From contig CAKKNE010000006.1 in NCBI GenBank assembly GCA_918797485.1, forward strand, positions 2,790,001-2,854,000: a stretch of DNA of 64,000 nucleotides. The letters are read 5' to 3'. The stretch's first letter is position 1. Each line of letters starts with the position of its first letter. Positions 21,017 to 31,749 of the stretch are shown piece by piece. The position numbers and the translations under genes were made by a program. The stretch is from Pelagomonas calceolata (Eukaryota). The notes beneath the pieces are model-generated. The model did no database searches. It was given only the letters and a program-made list of their open reading frames with translations, and was not told the origin of the DNA.

Positions 21017-23344
21017 ATGAGCTCGAGCGACGACGACGAGGCGCCGCGCGGCCTCGGCCTGGGCTATGGCGTCAAGCGCGGCCGTAGGGACCGCGACGAA
21101 GCAGCGTTAGGCGTATTCGGCGACGGCGACGAGCCGCACCAAAGACGCGGCCTCGGCGCCAAGAAAAAAAGCAGCAGCGGCCCGGTGATGTTCGTGTCCG
21201 CCGGCAAGGAGGAGGCCAAACCACCAGCCCCTGCGCCAGCGCCGACCATGTCGAACGACGACTTCCGCGCGCACATGGCGCCGCCGCCACCGCCAAAGGT
21301 ACAAAAGCCGAAGCCCCCGCCGACGACCGCGACAAGGCCCGAGTGGGCGCGGCACACGAAGGGCGTCGGTTTTGAATTGATGAAGAAGATGGGCTTCACG
21401 GGACGCTTAGGTAAGGACGAGACCGGCGTTTCGAGACATGTGGAAGTGACCAAAAGACCAGACGGCGTCGGGCTCGGTTTTGCGGCGAAAGTCGGGTTCG
21501 TCGAGGAGGCGAAGTTGCCCCAGAACATCGCTCTCCAGAAGGAGCTCGGCCAGAAGGTCGCCGAAGATGTACCTGTTGAAGATACAGCTTCCTCGGCGCG
21601 GCGGACGAAGCGGAGACGGTTATATAGGGATGCTGCAGCCATGAAGGACGCCGTCGCCGGGCTAGAAAGGGCGGCGCGCGAGAACAGGAAAGCGGCGCAA
21701 CTACAACAGCAGCGGCGCGTCGACACGGCCGTTGAAAACGCGTTGGCGGTGCCGGCGGAATTGAGGCTGGCGAGCCGCTTCCGCGAAGATCTCGCGGCGC
21801 GACTCAATGGCGAGGAAAGCGCCTTGCGGGACGCGCAGCGTAGGCTAGATGCGGAAAGGTCAAGAAAGGGTGGTTTAGATTTTGACCTGAGGCACGACCT
21901 GGACCAGTGCGAGCGACTGCAGCGACGGTCGCAGCGGCTGCAGAGCTGCGACGAGGCCCTCGCGAAGGTCGAGGAAGCTGTTCAAAGACGAGATTCTGCC
22001 GAAGTGCGCAAGGCGCTGCAGAGCGTCAAGAAACGATTTCCGGAAGAGTGGATCTTGGGGGGCGTGGCGGAGAGCACGCCTTCGGTCGTACGGGAGGCCG
22101 TCCTGGCGTCGCTCGAGGACTGGGACCCGTTCCTCGACGCGACGCGTTTACAATCAGTCACCGACGCCTGGGGGCCCTCTTCACTCTTCAAGAGTGAGGA
22201 CGACCGCGACGCGTGTGCCAAAAAATGGCGCTCCCTCATAGAGCAGGCGGCGGGGCCGCGGACGCGGTCTGCGCTCAGGGAGTGGCGGCCCGGCGTCAAT
22301 GCCGCAAATGACGCGGCCGCCTGCGTTTTAGTAAACGGTTTGCGGTCAAACGCCCCGGACGCGTTCCTCGCGTCCGTGATCGCGCCGCGCATCGTCACGG
22401 CTTTAGAAACTCTAGCGAGAACTGCAGTGCGCGGCCAGCGGTGCGATGCGCGCTGGGCCGGTCCCTGGCCCGATTTGCTCGATGAGGAGGGTCGCGACGC
22501 CGTCCGGCGCGCGGCGCGCGTCTTGCTCAGGGCCCAGCTCAAGGGGGCGTTGCTTACGGATGATAGAGCTCTGTTGAAGGCCTTCGCGCAGCACGCCGCG
22601 GCGTGGAAGGCGAGTCTTGGTAGTGAGTGGAAGCCGTTTATCACGCAAGACGTGCTCAAGACGTTGGTGGACGCCGCCAAGACCCTAGAAATATGTGACG
22701 ACGAAGACTATCAGCGGTGGCAGGTCGTCGACGCGTCGCGGGTCGTTGCTTCCATCGGCGTGCGGGGCGACGACGTCGCGGCGGTGGTCAAGGGCGCGCT
22801 CGGCCCGCGCTTCGTGACGACGCTGCGCGCCTCCCTGATCGCGGAGGCCTGGGCCGAGGCCGGGTGTTTGTACTGCGCGTGGCGCGACCGGCTGCTGAGC
22901 GATGATGGTTTACCGTCGCTACCAGAAGCCGCATCAAATGCAGCGGTTGAGGTATTAACGTGCGGCCTCGACCTGATCTCGCTCAGTTTGGACGACCCGG
23001 CGATGCTCGCGCGAGCACCGCTGCCGCCCCTCGCTTCATTAACTTTCGAGGCGGCGCGGCAGAAAACGACCGTGGTCGAACAACCGGCGCCCCCTCAACA
23101 ACGCAAGGCCTGGCGGCCCGCGCTCGACGCGTCGGGCTTCGCGGTCTTCGCCGACGTCGTCCAGCGCTTCGCGGCGGAGAACGACGTGCTCTACGCGCCG
23201 AAGCCGAACCGGACGCACGACGGCAAGCAGCTCTACGCGTTCGGGCGGGCGACGATCTACCTGGACCGCAACGTGACGTTCGTGAAGCGGGGGGACGGCT
23301 ACGTGCCCGTGGCGTTGGAGGATTTGTTGGCCCAGGACGCTTGA
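21017..23344 (+). CDS. TFIP11: Tuftelin-interacting protein 11 / Ntr1 (G-patch spliceosome disassembly factor)
   Basis: G-patch WARHTKGVGFELMKKMGF..LGK...G; C-terminal FAAENDVLYAPKPNRTHDGKQLYAFG. Confidence 0.82.
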   Translation: MSSSDDDEAPRGLGLGYGVKRGRRDRDEAALGVFGDGDEPHQRRGLGAKKKSSSGPVMFVSAGKEEAKPPAPAPAPTMSNDDFRAHMAPPPPPKVQKPKPPPTTATRPEWARHTKGVGFELMKKMGFTGRLGKDETGVSRHVEVTKRPDGVGLGFAAKVGFVEEAKLPQNIALQKELGQKVAEDVPVEDTASSARRTKRRRLYRDAAAMKDAVAGLERAARENRKAAQLQQQRRVDTAVENALAVPAELRLASRFREDLAARLNGEESALRDAQRRLDAERSRKGGLDFDLRHDLDQCERLQRRSQRLQSCDEALAKVEEAVQRRDSAEVRKALQSVKKRFPEEWILGGVAESTPSVVREAVLASLEDWDPFLDATRLQSVTDAWGPSSLFKSEDDRDACAKKWRSLIEQAAGPRTRSALREWRPGVNAANDAAACVLVNGLRSNAPDAFLASVIAPRIVTALETLARTAVRGQRCDARWAGPWPDLLDEEGRDAVRRAARVLLRAQLKGALLTDDRALLKAFAQHAAAWKASLGSEWKPFITQDVLKTLVDAAKTLEICDDEDYQRWQVVDASRVVASIGVRGDDVAAVVKGALGPRFVTTLRASLIAEAWAEAGCLYCAWRDRLLSDDGLPSLPEAASNAAVEVLTCGLDLISLSLDDPAMLARAPLPPLASLTFEAARQKTTVVEQPAPPQQRKAWRPALDASGFAVFADVVQRFAAENDVLYAPKPNRTHDGKQLYAFGRATIYLDRNVTFVKRGDGYVPVALEDLLAQDA

Positions 23345-23417
23345 TGATGTTTTGTAACATGTGTTTCAGTTAGACGTATAGGGGGGAGAGGGAAGAGTTA
23401 ACACAGATAGGGCGGGC

Positions 23418-26400
23418 TCACTCCGTGACGCCGAAGAGGACGTCGAGGTCCGCCTTGGCGAAGGCCGTGTCGCCGGCGCCGGCGCCGACGTCGTCGGCGG
23501 ACGGCGCGTCGCCGTCCTGCGACGCGTCGAGCTCGCCGCGCTTCTGGCGGAGCCGTAGCATCCGCTCGTCGACCGTGTTGCGGCAGTAGAACTTGATAAT
23601 TTCAACCGGGCGCAGCTGGCCGATGCGGTGGACGCGCGTGACCGCTTGCGCCTCCTGGGCGCCGAAGCGGAACGGTTCTAGGATTATCACCTTGTTCGCG
23701 TTCGTGATATTGAGGCCGACGCCAGCAGTCTGGAGCGTCAAGAGCAACACCGACGTCTCTGGATCAGATCTAAACGTCTCGAGGAGCTGGCCGCGCCGGT
23801 CCGGCGAGGAGTCGTCCAACCTAATGGAGCCGAGCGTCTGCTCGAAGGCGTCCGCGCAGCCGGCGGGCTTGACAACTGAAACGACCTTGGCCGAGCGCCA
23901 GAGACCATCTTTCTGGTCCTCTAAAGCGGACCGCTCAAACGTGACCTTGACCTCCGCGCCGCGCTTCGGCCGCACCTTCACCTCGTACTGGACTTTATTC
24001 GTCCCCTTGGCGTCGCCATCAATCACTTCGACATCATCGTCATCGTCGTCACTCTTGTCCACAATTAGTTTATGGACGACACCAGAAGCCCCAGCGTAGG
24101 GCCCTTCCAAAACCTTCACCCTCATCCCGACCTCGAGGGCCTCGTCCATGGATAGGGCGGGCCGCGTGGCCGTCACTTTGTCGCCCGGGCGGAAGCGATT
24201 GTCGAACCCTCCGCGCGTCAGGCAGCCCTCCTTGTCCTTGCACGACGCGGCGCGGACCATTTTGCCCGGGACCACACAGCGGTGCGATTTCGCAGTTAAT
24301 TGACCCTTGACCACGTTGATCGCCTCCTCGCCGCCGTGCGCGATCGTGTAGAGGTACTTCGGTAAGCCAGCTTCGACATCGGTCAGTTCCTTGAGCTTCT
24401 GCTTCGTGCCGCACTTGTCACAAACTAAACCCTTCTTGCCTTCGGCCGTCCGACCCTCGGGATAGGGCGGTGAGTGCCGCGCATGACAGTTGGGGCACTC
24501 CATCTTGGTCAGCGAGCGTAAGGTGTTCTTGTACAGGGCACTATCATTGGGCTTCTGCTCTGGTCGGGGGTTCCGCCCGCTGCGCGCCGGTCTACAGAAG
24601 CGCAGCTTGCGGCAGGCAGGTGAGATACACTTCATACTACCCTTAACCTCGTCGACGTTGCCATCCTTGTCCGTGGGCTTGGGGCAGGTCTGCGCGTTGT
24701 ATTTCGCCCCACAGCCGTACTTCCCGCCGCAGCCGTCGCACGCCGTCAGCGGCGTGTCGTTGGGTCTATCAATAACCTTCTTGCCCTTCTTCACTTTCCG
24801 TAATGCCGTGCAGCGCGGGTCCGTACAGATGATCTGGCCGTCGAGCTTCTTGAGCTCGAAATCCCGCGTGTCCTTCTTTGGGTTTGTGGGTCCAGAGTAC
24901 ACGTAGGGCGCGGGTTCCGTGCCCGGGCCGTAGACGCGGCCGCAGCCGTATTTCCCCTTGCATTTATCACAGTTCTCGTCGCGCGTGCACGGTTCACCGG
25001 TCTTCAGCACCCCGACGCACGGCTTGCACGTCCACCCGCATTGCTCGGCCGGGCAGGGCTTGCACTCCACGTAACAGTCCGGACAGATGTCCGGGAAAGG
25101 CGTCAAGAACTGCCGGCCGCACGCCTTGCACTCTTTTTTCTCGTCGACCTTGACGATGACGCCGTCGACCGCCGTCAGAGGGTCGTAGGCCTCCTTGCGG
25201 TACTCGACGCGAGATCCCTCGGGCAGCTTCTTGCCATCTCTATTCGCGAGATCGAGGTCGACTTCGTACTTGACAGGATCAAAGGCCTCCTGCAGCTCGT
25301 CGAGGAGATCGCCGTACTGGCTCACCACCACGAACTGCGTTGTCACGTCGGCGTCCTTGAGGCGGCGGATCTCGCCCGCCACAGCAGACAATTTTGCGGA
25401 GCCGCGCCAGCCCTGCTTTTGGGCCCTAGCGTGGTGCTGGCGTAACGCCCGGGGCAGCTTAGCTAAAGCTTCGTACTCCGGCTCCTTCGGGTCGCGCGCA
25501 GGCAAGGTGTCGATCGCCGGCCAGGCGTCCAAATCCGCCACGGTATGTGTCAAACGCGTCCGGCCGAGCGTCAGCACAGCGCTCCCCGGCTCGCCGCCGT
25601 CGGCGTCCATGGCTATCGGCGCGTCCCGTCTAGCTTGTTCCTTCGGCATCAAAAGCTTGTAGCACTCGTGCGGCAGGCTTTGTTCGTTGCATACGGCGCA
25701 CTTCATCGAGCTGCCCAACGCGCGGACGCACTGCGTGCAGAAGCTGTGCTGGCACTTGAGGACGAGCGGGCTCCGCTTGACCGACTGGCAGACGTCGCAC
25801 GTGTCCAATGCTTCGCCCTTCAAAGCACGTCTGAACTCCGCCAGGCACGGGATCGCGTTTGTGCCCTTCTTCTTGGTCTCGAGCTCCTTGACGGCGTTGG
25901 CCAGCGACAGCTCGCGCGTGACGCCCCCCGACACGTCCTGCGTCTGAGCAGTAGTGGTAGTCCCCTTCCCGGCGTCGAACGCGTTCTTGTAGAGCGAGTC
26001 GAGCACGTCATCGGTACAAAACGTCGACGCTCTTTGTAACGCCCTCACTAACAAGTGGTGCGGCGTCTCGGCGGCGTACAACTCGATGCGCCGCGCGACG
26101 TAGGTCTCCGACGCGTTCGGCGCCAGGTCGACGCCGACCCAACGAGTCGTGAGCGGCGGTAAGGGAACGAGCGGCTGATCATCACACACGGTCCGCTGCT
26201 CGCGCGCGTGGCGCATCATGGTCCCCTTGATCAGAGAGCGGAAGGTCGCAAGGCACGCCGCGTCCTTATTTGCCCAGGGCTCGCGGTAGGACGCCTCCCA
26301 GAAGTGCGACTGCCAGCCCGCGTCGGCGCCTTTCCCCAGCGTGAAGGGCCAGACGCGCAGCAGCGACAGCTCGCCTTGCAAATCCGCTATCTTCGTCGTG

Positions 26401-28031
26401 ATGGGCGTGCCGCTGAGCATCCAGACATGCGTCGCGTCCAGACCGGCCGTCGCGGACGCCAATCGCGACGTGTCGTTGGCGACGAACTGGCACTCATCCA
26501 CCACAACGCGGCGCCACGAGACTTTTGTGCGGAACTGCGAGAGCTGGTCCTGGCGCAGGAGCACGACATCAGCCTCGCGCACGTGGTCGAGGCTAATGTA
26601 ACCGGACGCGTCCAGCGCCAGGGTCTTGAGCCCTGGGGCTTTTTGCTCGCACTCGGCCTTCCACTGACCGTACAGCGACCGCGGCACGACGACGAGCGTG
26701 CCGGCTTCGTGCGCCGGGCGCTTGTACTTTTTTTTATCGGCCGCGATGAGCGCGAGCGCCGTGATCGTCTTGCCGTAGCCCATCTCGTCCGCTAGCAACC
26801 CGCCGGACACGACGGGCGGCGGCTCGAGGAGCACGTGGCCGCCGTGGGGAAAATAGTAAAAGTCCCCGCCGTCGACGAACGCGCGCCGCTCCCAGTAGTA
26901 GCCATTTAAGCCTGCGACAGACGTCGTCGCCGTGTGCTTCCGGTCCTCCTGGTGGAGCGCCCAGAAGACGTTCTGCGTCTGGTACGGTCTTAGCTGAATG
27001 CCGTCGGCCAGCAAGCCGTCCATGCTCTTGGCGAAGGCCTTCGGCACGGCGATGCCCGACGACTCGGCGTCTCTCAATAACGCCTTGATCGTGAACGACG
27101 ATAACGGCGGATCGGACCGCGAGAACGTCCCGTCCTCGGCCAGCGGCGCTCTACAAGGGTGCCGCTTGCCCGCCGGGTCGATGCCGTCGAGCACGATCTT
27201 GGTCGAGGGGTGCGCCGAGAGCCCGAAGAGCGCCCGGCGCGCCCAGACGGCGACGTGGACGCGGCAGGACTTCTTGCGGCCGCCCGTGCAGGCCGAGGCC
27301 AGTTGCTTGCTCTCGATGAACGCGACGGCGTGGACGCAGCGCTCCTTAAAGTCGTTGTCGCGGTCGTTCAGGCCGGCCAGTGCCTCCACAAAGTCCGCGG
27401 CGTCGTCGTGAGCTACGACGACGTTCGACTTGAGCAAGCCGTCGAGGCAGGTCGCGCCGTCCAGCGTCCCGTACTTGCCGTACGGGCGCCAGGCGTCGGT
27501 GCAGCGCTTGAGCGAGGCGCCGTCGTCGACGCGGACGTCGAAGGACTTGGTGCCGAGGAGTCGTGCGACGCGCGACGTGACCTTGCGCGCCTTCTTAACG
27601 GGCTTGACGCCACGAGGCGTCGGCGGCTCGTAGATGCCGCCGCCCAGGTACGGCGTCGGCGTCGACGACGGCCACATGAGCGCGTCGCCCGTCGTGCGGT
27701 CCTCCGGCAATATCAAGCACGGGCCCGCGCGCGGCAGCATCAGGTTGGGCGGCGCCACACAATCGACACGCGGCGGTAGATTTGTGGGCGCCTTGGTCGC
27801 CGCGCATTTTGGGAGCGAGACCTTGCGCTTCGGCTTCTTGGCCGGCGAGGGCTTGACTTCGGCCTGCCGCACGTCCTCGTCCTCGCTGCTCGACGCGTTC
27901 TCGTCGGAGCTGTCGGGGATCTCGATGATCTCATGGCTCTTGCGTTTTTGCGTCGTCGTTGTGTCTTGGAATTCGACATCGTCGTCTTCGTCGTCGTTGT
28001 TGTTGCCCCAGGTGGCGCCGCCGTGCCACAT
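23418..28031 (-). CDS. SNF2-family helicase with RING finger (RAD5/SHPRH-like)
   Basis: LRPYQ, GGLLADEMGYGKT, TLVVVP, WRRVVVDECQ, LSGTP, RING CDVC..CQHSFCTQC..CAVC, AGVGLNIT.AN, QAVTRVHRIGQ. Confidence 0.9.
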   Translation of the reverse strand: MWHGGATWGNNNDDEDDDVEFQDTTTTQKRKSHEIIEIPDSSDENASSSEDEDVRQAEVKPSPAKKPKRKVSLPKCAATKAPTNLPPRVDCVAPPNLMLPRAGPCLILPEDRTTGDALMWPSSTPTPYLGGGIYEPPTPRGVKPVKKARKVTSRVARLLGTKSFDVRVDDGASLKRCTDAWRPYGKYGTLDGATCLDGLLKSNVVVAHDDAADFVEALAGLNDRDNDFKERCVHAVAFIESKQLASACTGGRKKSCRVHVAVWARRALFGLSAHPSTKIVLDGIDPAGKRHPCRAPLAEDGTFSRSDPPLSSFTIKALLRDAESSGIAVPKAFAKSMDGLLADGIQLRPYQTQNVFWALHQEDRKHTATTSVAGLNGYYWERRAFVDGGDFYYFPHGGHVLLEPPPVVSGGLLADEMGYGKTITALALIAADKKKYKRPAHEAGTLVVVPRSLYGQWKAECEQKAPGLKTLALDASGYISLDHVREADVVLLRQDQLSQFRTKVSWRRVVVDECQFVANDTSRLASATAGLDATHVWMLSGTPITTKIADLQGELSLLRVWPFTLGKGADAGWQSHFWEASYREPWANKDAACLATFRSLIKGTMMRHAREQRTVCDDQPLVPLPPLTTRWVGVDLAPNASETYVARRIELYAAETPHHLLVRALQRASTFCTDDVLDSLYKNAFDAGKGTTTTAQTQDVSGGVTRELSLANAVKELETKKKGTNAIPCLAEFRRALKGEALDTCDVCQSVKRSPLVLKCQHSFCTQCVRALGSSMKCAVCNEQSLPHECYKLLMPKEQARRDAPIAMDADGGEPGSAVLTLGRTRLTHTVADLDAWPAIDTLPARDPKEPEYEALAKLPRALRQHHARAQKQGWRGSAKLSAVAGEIRRLKDADVTTQFVVVSQYGDLLDELQEAFDPVKYEVDLDLANRDGKKLPEGSRVEYRKEAYDPLTAVDGVIVKVDEKKECKACGRQFLTPFPDICPDCYVECKPCPAEQCGWTCKPCVGVLKTGEPCTRDENCDKCKGKYGCGRVYGPGTEPAPYVYSGPTNPKKDTRDFELKKLDGQIICTDPRCTALRKVKKGKKVIDRPNDTPLTACDGCGGKYGCGAKYNAQTCPKPTDKDGNVDEVKGSMKCISPACRKLRFCRPARSGRNPRPEQKPNDSALYKNTLRSLTKMECPNCHARHSPPYPEGRTAEGKKGLVCDKCGTKQKLKELTDVEAGLPKYLYTIAHGGEEAINVVKGQLTAKSHRCVVPGKMVRAASCKDKEGCLTRGGFDNRFRPGDKVTATRPALSMDEALEVGMRVKVLEGPYAGASGVVHKLIVDKSDDDDDDVEVIDGDAKGTNKVQYEVKVRPKRGAEVKVTFERSALEDQKDGLWRSAKVVSVVKPAGCADAFEQTLGSIRLDDSSPDRRGQLLETFRSDPETSVLLLTLQTAGVGLNITNANKVIILEPFRFGAQEAQAVTRVHRIGQLRPVEIIKFYCRNTVDERMLRLRQKRGELDASQDGDAPSADDVGAGAGDTAFAKADLDVLFGVTE

Positions 28032-28250
28032 TTTGGCGGTGCTGTCACGATTTGTGCAACGCGCCGGTCTGCGGCGTCGATTTTTGGCTCGGAGAGCTTG
28101 TGGTCGATTCCTCTCCAACGCGGCACCGTTTCGCAACGAGATTGCAGCTGCGAGTACCAGTTGGCTGTGGCTCTACGCGCGCTAAGTCACGAGTAACCTG
28201 CTTGCTCTAGCGCAGAGATGTCAGCGTTTTAGTCTCTGGTCACTTGAAAA

Positions 28251-28273
28251 ACTAGTACCTCCATGCGCCTAGC
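28251..28273 (+). promoter_or_regulatory. CTAG motif (diverged)
   Basis: ACTAGTACCTCCATGCGCCTAGC between divergent genes. Confidence 0.4.
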
Positions 28274-28439
28274 TGGATCTTCCTAATCGCAAAAGTTGAA
28301 CACCTTCGCGTCAGAGATCAGAGCGGCGCACGTAAGCGAGGCGGAGCAGCCGTTCTTGATCGCCGCCAGCGTTTTGCAACGCACGGATTGGCTGAAACTG
28401 CACAACACACGCCGAAGCCATCGACGCGGCGCTGCAGCC

Positions 28440-29228
28440 ATGGCCGACGCCCCACCACCACTGCATATAACCCTCGCCGCGTCGTCCATGAGCTCCCTCG
28501 TCTCGCGCGTGGCCTGCCACCCGCTCGACACGATCAAGAGCAAGATGCAGGCGACGAGCCGCGGCTCCGTCACGACATGTATCGCAGACACGCTGAAGAA
28601 GGAAGGCGCGCGTGGCTTCTACCGAGGGTTAGGTGCGGCCACAATAATCGGCGTGCCGGCGGGCGCGCTGTACTTCACGTCCTACGAGGCCTTCAAGAGA
28701 CGTCTGGGAGACGGGCCGGCCTCCCACTTACTCGCGGGCGTCGGCGCCGAGGCCGTGGCGTGCATCGTCTTCGTGCCGGTAGACGTGGTCAAGGAGCGGT
28801 GCCAGGTCCACGGTTATACGTCGTCCTACGAGTGCTTCCGGACGGTGCTGAAAAAGGAGGGTGTACAAGCGTTGTACCGCGGCTACGGGCCAACTTTATA
28901 TTCCTTCGGCGCCTTCTCCGGGTTGTACTGGGCCTTCTACGAGCAGCTGCGACCTTCTGGGACGGTCTCGTTCTCCGCAGCGCTGCCCTGCGCGCTGGGC
29001 GCGGGCGCTCTTGCGTCGTGGCTCACGGCGCCGCTGGACCTGGCGAAGCTCCGGGTCCAGGTGTATCAGGGTGCGAAGGGGCCGTCCTTCTTGACAGCGC
29101 TGGTGGACGCGTCAAAGGCGGGCCCGCGCGGGCTCTTCCGCGGCGCGGGCGCGCGCGTCTTGTTCAGCGCGCCGTCGATGGGCGCGTCGATGGCGTGCTT
29201 CGAGCAGGCGAAGAGTTTTCTTTTGTAA
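28440..29228 (+). CDS. Mitochondrial carrier family protein (SLC25)
   Basis: Three PxDxxK repeats (PLDTIK, PVDVVK, PLDLAK) and GFYRG/ALYRG/GLFRG. Confidence 0.92.
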   Translation: MADAPPPLHITLAASSMSSLVSRVACHPLDTIKSKMQATSRGSVTTCIADTLKKEGARGFYRGLGAATIIGVPAGALYFTSYEAFKRRLGDGPASHLLAGVGAEAVACIVFVPVDVVKERCQVHGYTSSYECFRTVLKKEGVQALYRGYGPTLYSFGAFSGLYWAFYEQLRPSGTVSFSAALPCALGAGALASWLTAPLDLAKLRVQVYQGAKGPSFLTALVDASKAGPRGLFRGAGARVLFSAPSMGASMACFEQAKSFLL

Positions 29229-29389
29229 TGTTGTTGTTTTGTACTCTTCTTTTGCGTCGGTCGCGTATATGCTGGGGCTGAAAAACCCGATTTGATTCGC
29301 AGCGGCGCGCGCGCGCGCGCAGCGCGTCGCTCCGCGCCTCTCTCGCGCTCATCCACGACGCCGAGCGGTCACTTGAAACAAGAATTTCC

Positions 29390-30376
29390 ATGGCTTTCAC
29401 CGGTCGACGCCCGGCGCTCGGAGATATTGCGAACAAGGAGCCTCAGGAGGCCCTAGCCGGGGCAAAGAGCCCAACTAGGGCATTACGTTTAAACCACAGA
29501 AGTTTAAGGAACCGGCTAAGCGAAGCCATCGACCCACAGAACAAAAAATTCGATCCAGCGCTCAGACGGAGATGGTTGCGCCTTGCTAAACAAACGCGCT
29601 TGGAGATACGGAAAGAGTGCCACGTCCAGATCCATACGCGCATGGTCAGAGGTGAGGATGACCAGTTTGCACTGCTGCGGTCCTTGGTTATGTCACGAGC
29701 TCTGCCTGCGAGCATCGACGAGGAGGCGCCGCTCGAGGACCTCCTCGCCGACGTGCGCGTGTCGCCCAAGACCAAGGCGCAAGACGAGCTCGACGCCGCG
29801 CCGGCGCCCCTCGACGACGATCTCCTGCGCGAGATCGCGTTCGACGACGGGGGCCGCCCGCGGCCTGCGGCAGACGAAACGAGCGAGGTGTCGGGCGTCA
29901 CGGTCTCCTCACGCGCTACGTTTGCGTCGCGCGCCACGAGCGCGTACACGGCGATTCCGACGGCTCACGGGCAGTCTCGAATGCAGGAGCGCGAAGTAAG
30001 CCTGCGCGATCTCCAGGCTGCGAAGAAGTACGGGACGATTAAAACCAACCACGTACGGTGCCGGGGCAAAACCAGCCGGCGTTGGAAGATCGAGCACGGC
30101 GGCGTCGTCTACATCACGGACGAGCATCAGAAAAAGGTGATTACGACGTATAAGATCCGGCCTCCCGACCCGCCGCCGCCGATATGCACGCCGCTGGCAC
30201 CGAACCCATCGCTCCCAGCGAGCACGCTCGCACCCGCCGGGCCATACGGACCGCCGATACTACTCACGCCGTTACGGATACGGCCGCTAATGGGAGGAAT
30301 ACTCACGCCGATACGGGAACACCCGGGTGTGCCAGCATCCTCCTGGTCCCCAGTAGGCGGTCGTTCGAACGGCTGA
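29390..30376 (+). CDS. Hypothetical protein with DUF4258-like domain
   Basis: TAHGQSRMQEREVSLRDLQAAKKYG...VVYITDEHQKKVITTY. Confidence 0.55.
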   Translation: MAFTGRRPALGDIANKEPQEALAGAKSPTRALRLNHRSLRNRLSEAIDPQNKKFDPALRRRWLRLAKQTRLEIRKECHVQIHTRMVRGEDDQFALLRSLVMSRALPASIDEEAPLEDLLADVRVSPKTKAQDELDAAPAPLDDDLLREIAFDDGGRPRPAADETSEVSGVTVSSRATFASRATSAYTAIPTAHGQSRMQEREVSLRDLQAAKKYGTIKTNHVRCRGKTSRRWKIEHGGVVYITDEHQKKVITTYKIRPPDPPPPICTPLAPNPSLPASTLAPAGPYGPPILLTPLRIRPLMGGILTPIREHPGVPASSWSPVGGRSNG

Positions 30377-30419
30377 CGCGACGGTCGAGACTGGTAATAA
30401 GACTCAAGAACTTTGATCA

Positions 30420-30446
30420 GCTAGCGGCCTGTAAAGACACTAGCAA
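30420..30446 (-). promoter_or_regulatory. CTAG motif
   Basis: Reverse complement TTGCTAGTGTCTTTACAGGCCGCTAGC. Confidence 0.65.
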
Positions 30447-30593
30447 CCTAGCAAAACAGCTTTTGCAGGCGCCACAGTAGGCGCATAAATGCTCTTCAGT
30501 AACTTTGGCGCAGCGTTTGGAGGTCAGCGTTGAACACTGCGGCCGGTGCCAGAGCTTTAGAACACTGCACGCCGTCGCCGCGGCAAGTAAAGG

Positions 30594-31577
30594 ATGATAG
30601 CCGCAGCAATCCTCATCCTAGCAATATTCGTCGGCATCGTCTGTAGTTTCGCGCTGCGCCACGCTGATAAATTATTCGTGCCGCGCCACGGCCGCAAGCA
30701 TCGCATCGCGGGCGCCGCATACGTGTGCTGGCTCGCGCTGGGCGTCGCGGGCCTCTTCCGCGACGACGTCGCCGCGTCGCGGACCCGCACGGCCGCCTAC
30801 GACGTCGTCCTGGCGCTGCTCGGGACGGTGTCGACGTTTTCGGCCGCGCACGACTTCGGCGGCCGCCGGCTGACGTCCAAGGTGTCTGGTGTCTTGGACG
30901 ACAAGTCGTTGGTCACTAGAAGCGAAATGCTGGAGCACGGCTTCTATCAGTTGCTGAACCTCGCGCAGATTCTTGGATTATACGCGCAATCAACCTGCAC
31001 GCGGGGTCCCCGAGGAATATTCTTGTTCAAACGTCGGCGGGGCACGGCGCGCGGCTGGCTGCCCTTCGTCATCCTCGGCTTCCAGACGGCGCCGTGGCTT
31101 TATAGGAAGGCGTTCCCCGTGAACTCCTTTAGCGCGAACTATACGGGCGACAGCGACCCCTGGTTATTTATTAATGTGATGTACCGGATCAAAAAGTACC
31201 AGTACGTGTTCTACAAGAATGCGCTCTTGCATGGCCTGAACATCACGACGTGCCTCTCGAGCACGCCGCCGCGGATCCAGGGCCGGCGGTTCCGCACGTA
31301 TTGGTTGTGCCTCAACGCCGCGTACACGCACGAGTTCTTTTTGCAAACGCTCGTCAAGCGGCGATTGCTCGAGCAACGGTCGATGCTGCGCCTGAATTGG
31401 CTCCTGATGGTCGGCTCGTCGCTCGCGGCGGTCGAGGTGCTGCGGCACCACGTCGACTGGCGCATCGCGCTCGCGTCGCTCGCCTTCAATTTCGCCAACC
31501 GCAAGCACGACGTCGCGAATACCCTGTGCATCGCGTTCGCGTTTTCGGTGTGGGGGCACGATAGGCTACATGCGTAA
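30594..31577 (+). CDS. Multi-pass membrane protein of unknown function
   Basis: 327-aa ORF, several TM segments, His-containing motifs (EHGFYQ, LLHGLN). Confidence 0.7.
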   Translation: MIAAAILILAIFVGIVCSFALRHADKLFVPRHGRKHRIAGAAYVCWLALGVAGLFRDDVAASRTRTAAYDVVLALLGTVSTFSAAHDFGGRRLTSKVSGVLDDKSLVTRSEMLEHGFYQLLNLAQILGLYAQSTCTRGPRGIFLFKRRRGTARGWLPFVILGFQTAPWLYRKAFPVNSFSANYTGDSDPWLFINVMYRIKKYQYVFYKNALLHGLNITTCLSSTPPRIQGRRFRTYWLCLNAAYTHEFFLQTLVKRRLLEQRSMLRLNWLLMVGSSLAAVEVLRHHVDWRIALASLAFNFANRKHDVANTLCIAFAFSVWGHDRLHA

Positions 31578-31749
31578 GTTTGGACTTTCCTTGAGTCTGC
31601 CTCTGTCTGGACCACTCGATTTTGCGCTCAGTTTCGTGTTGGTCCGCGCGGCCGCTGTCGTGTCGTAGGCCAATTCAAGCTACGTACTGCAACTCTAGCA
31701 TTTCGAGAAGAGGATTTCAGCGTTTCCGATAGCTTTCCGCGACCGCATC

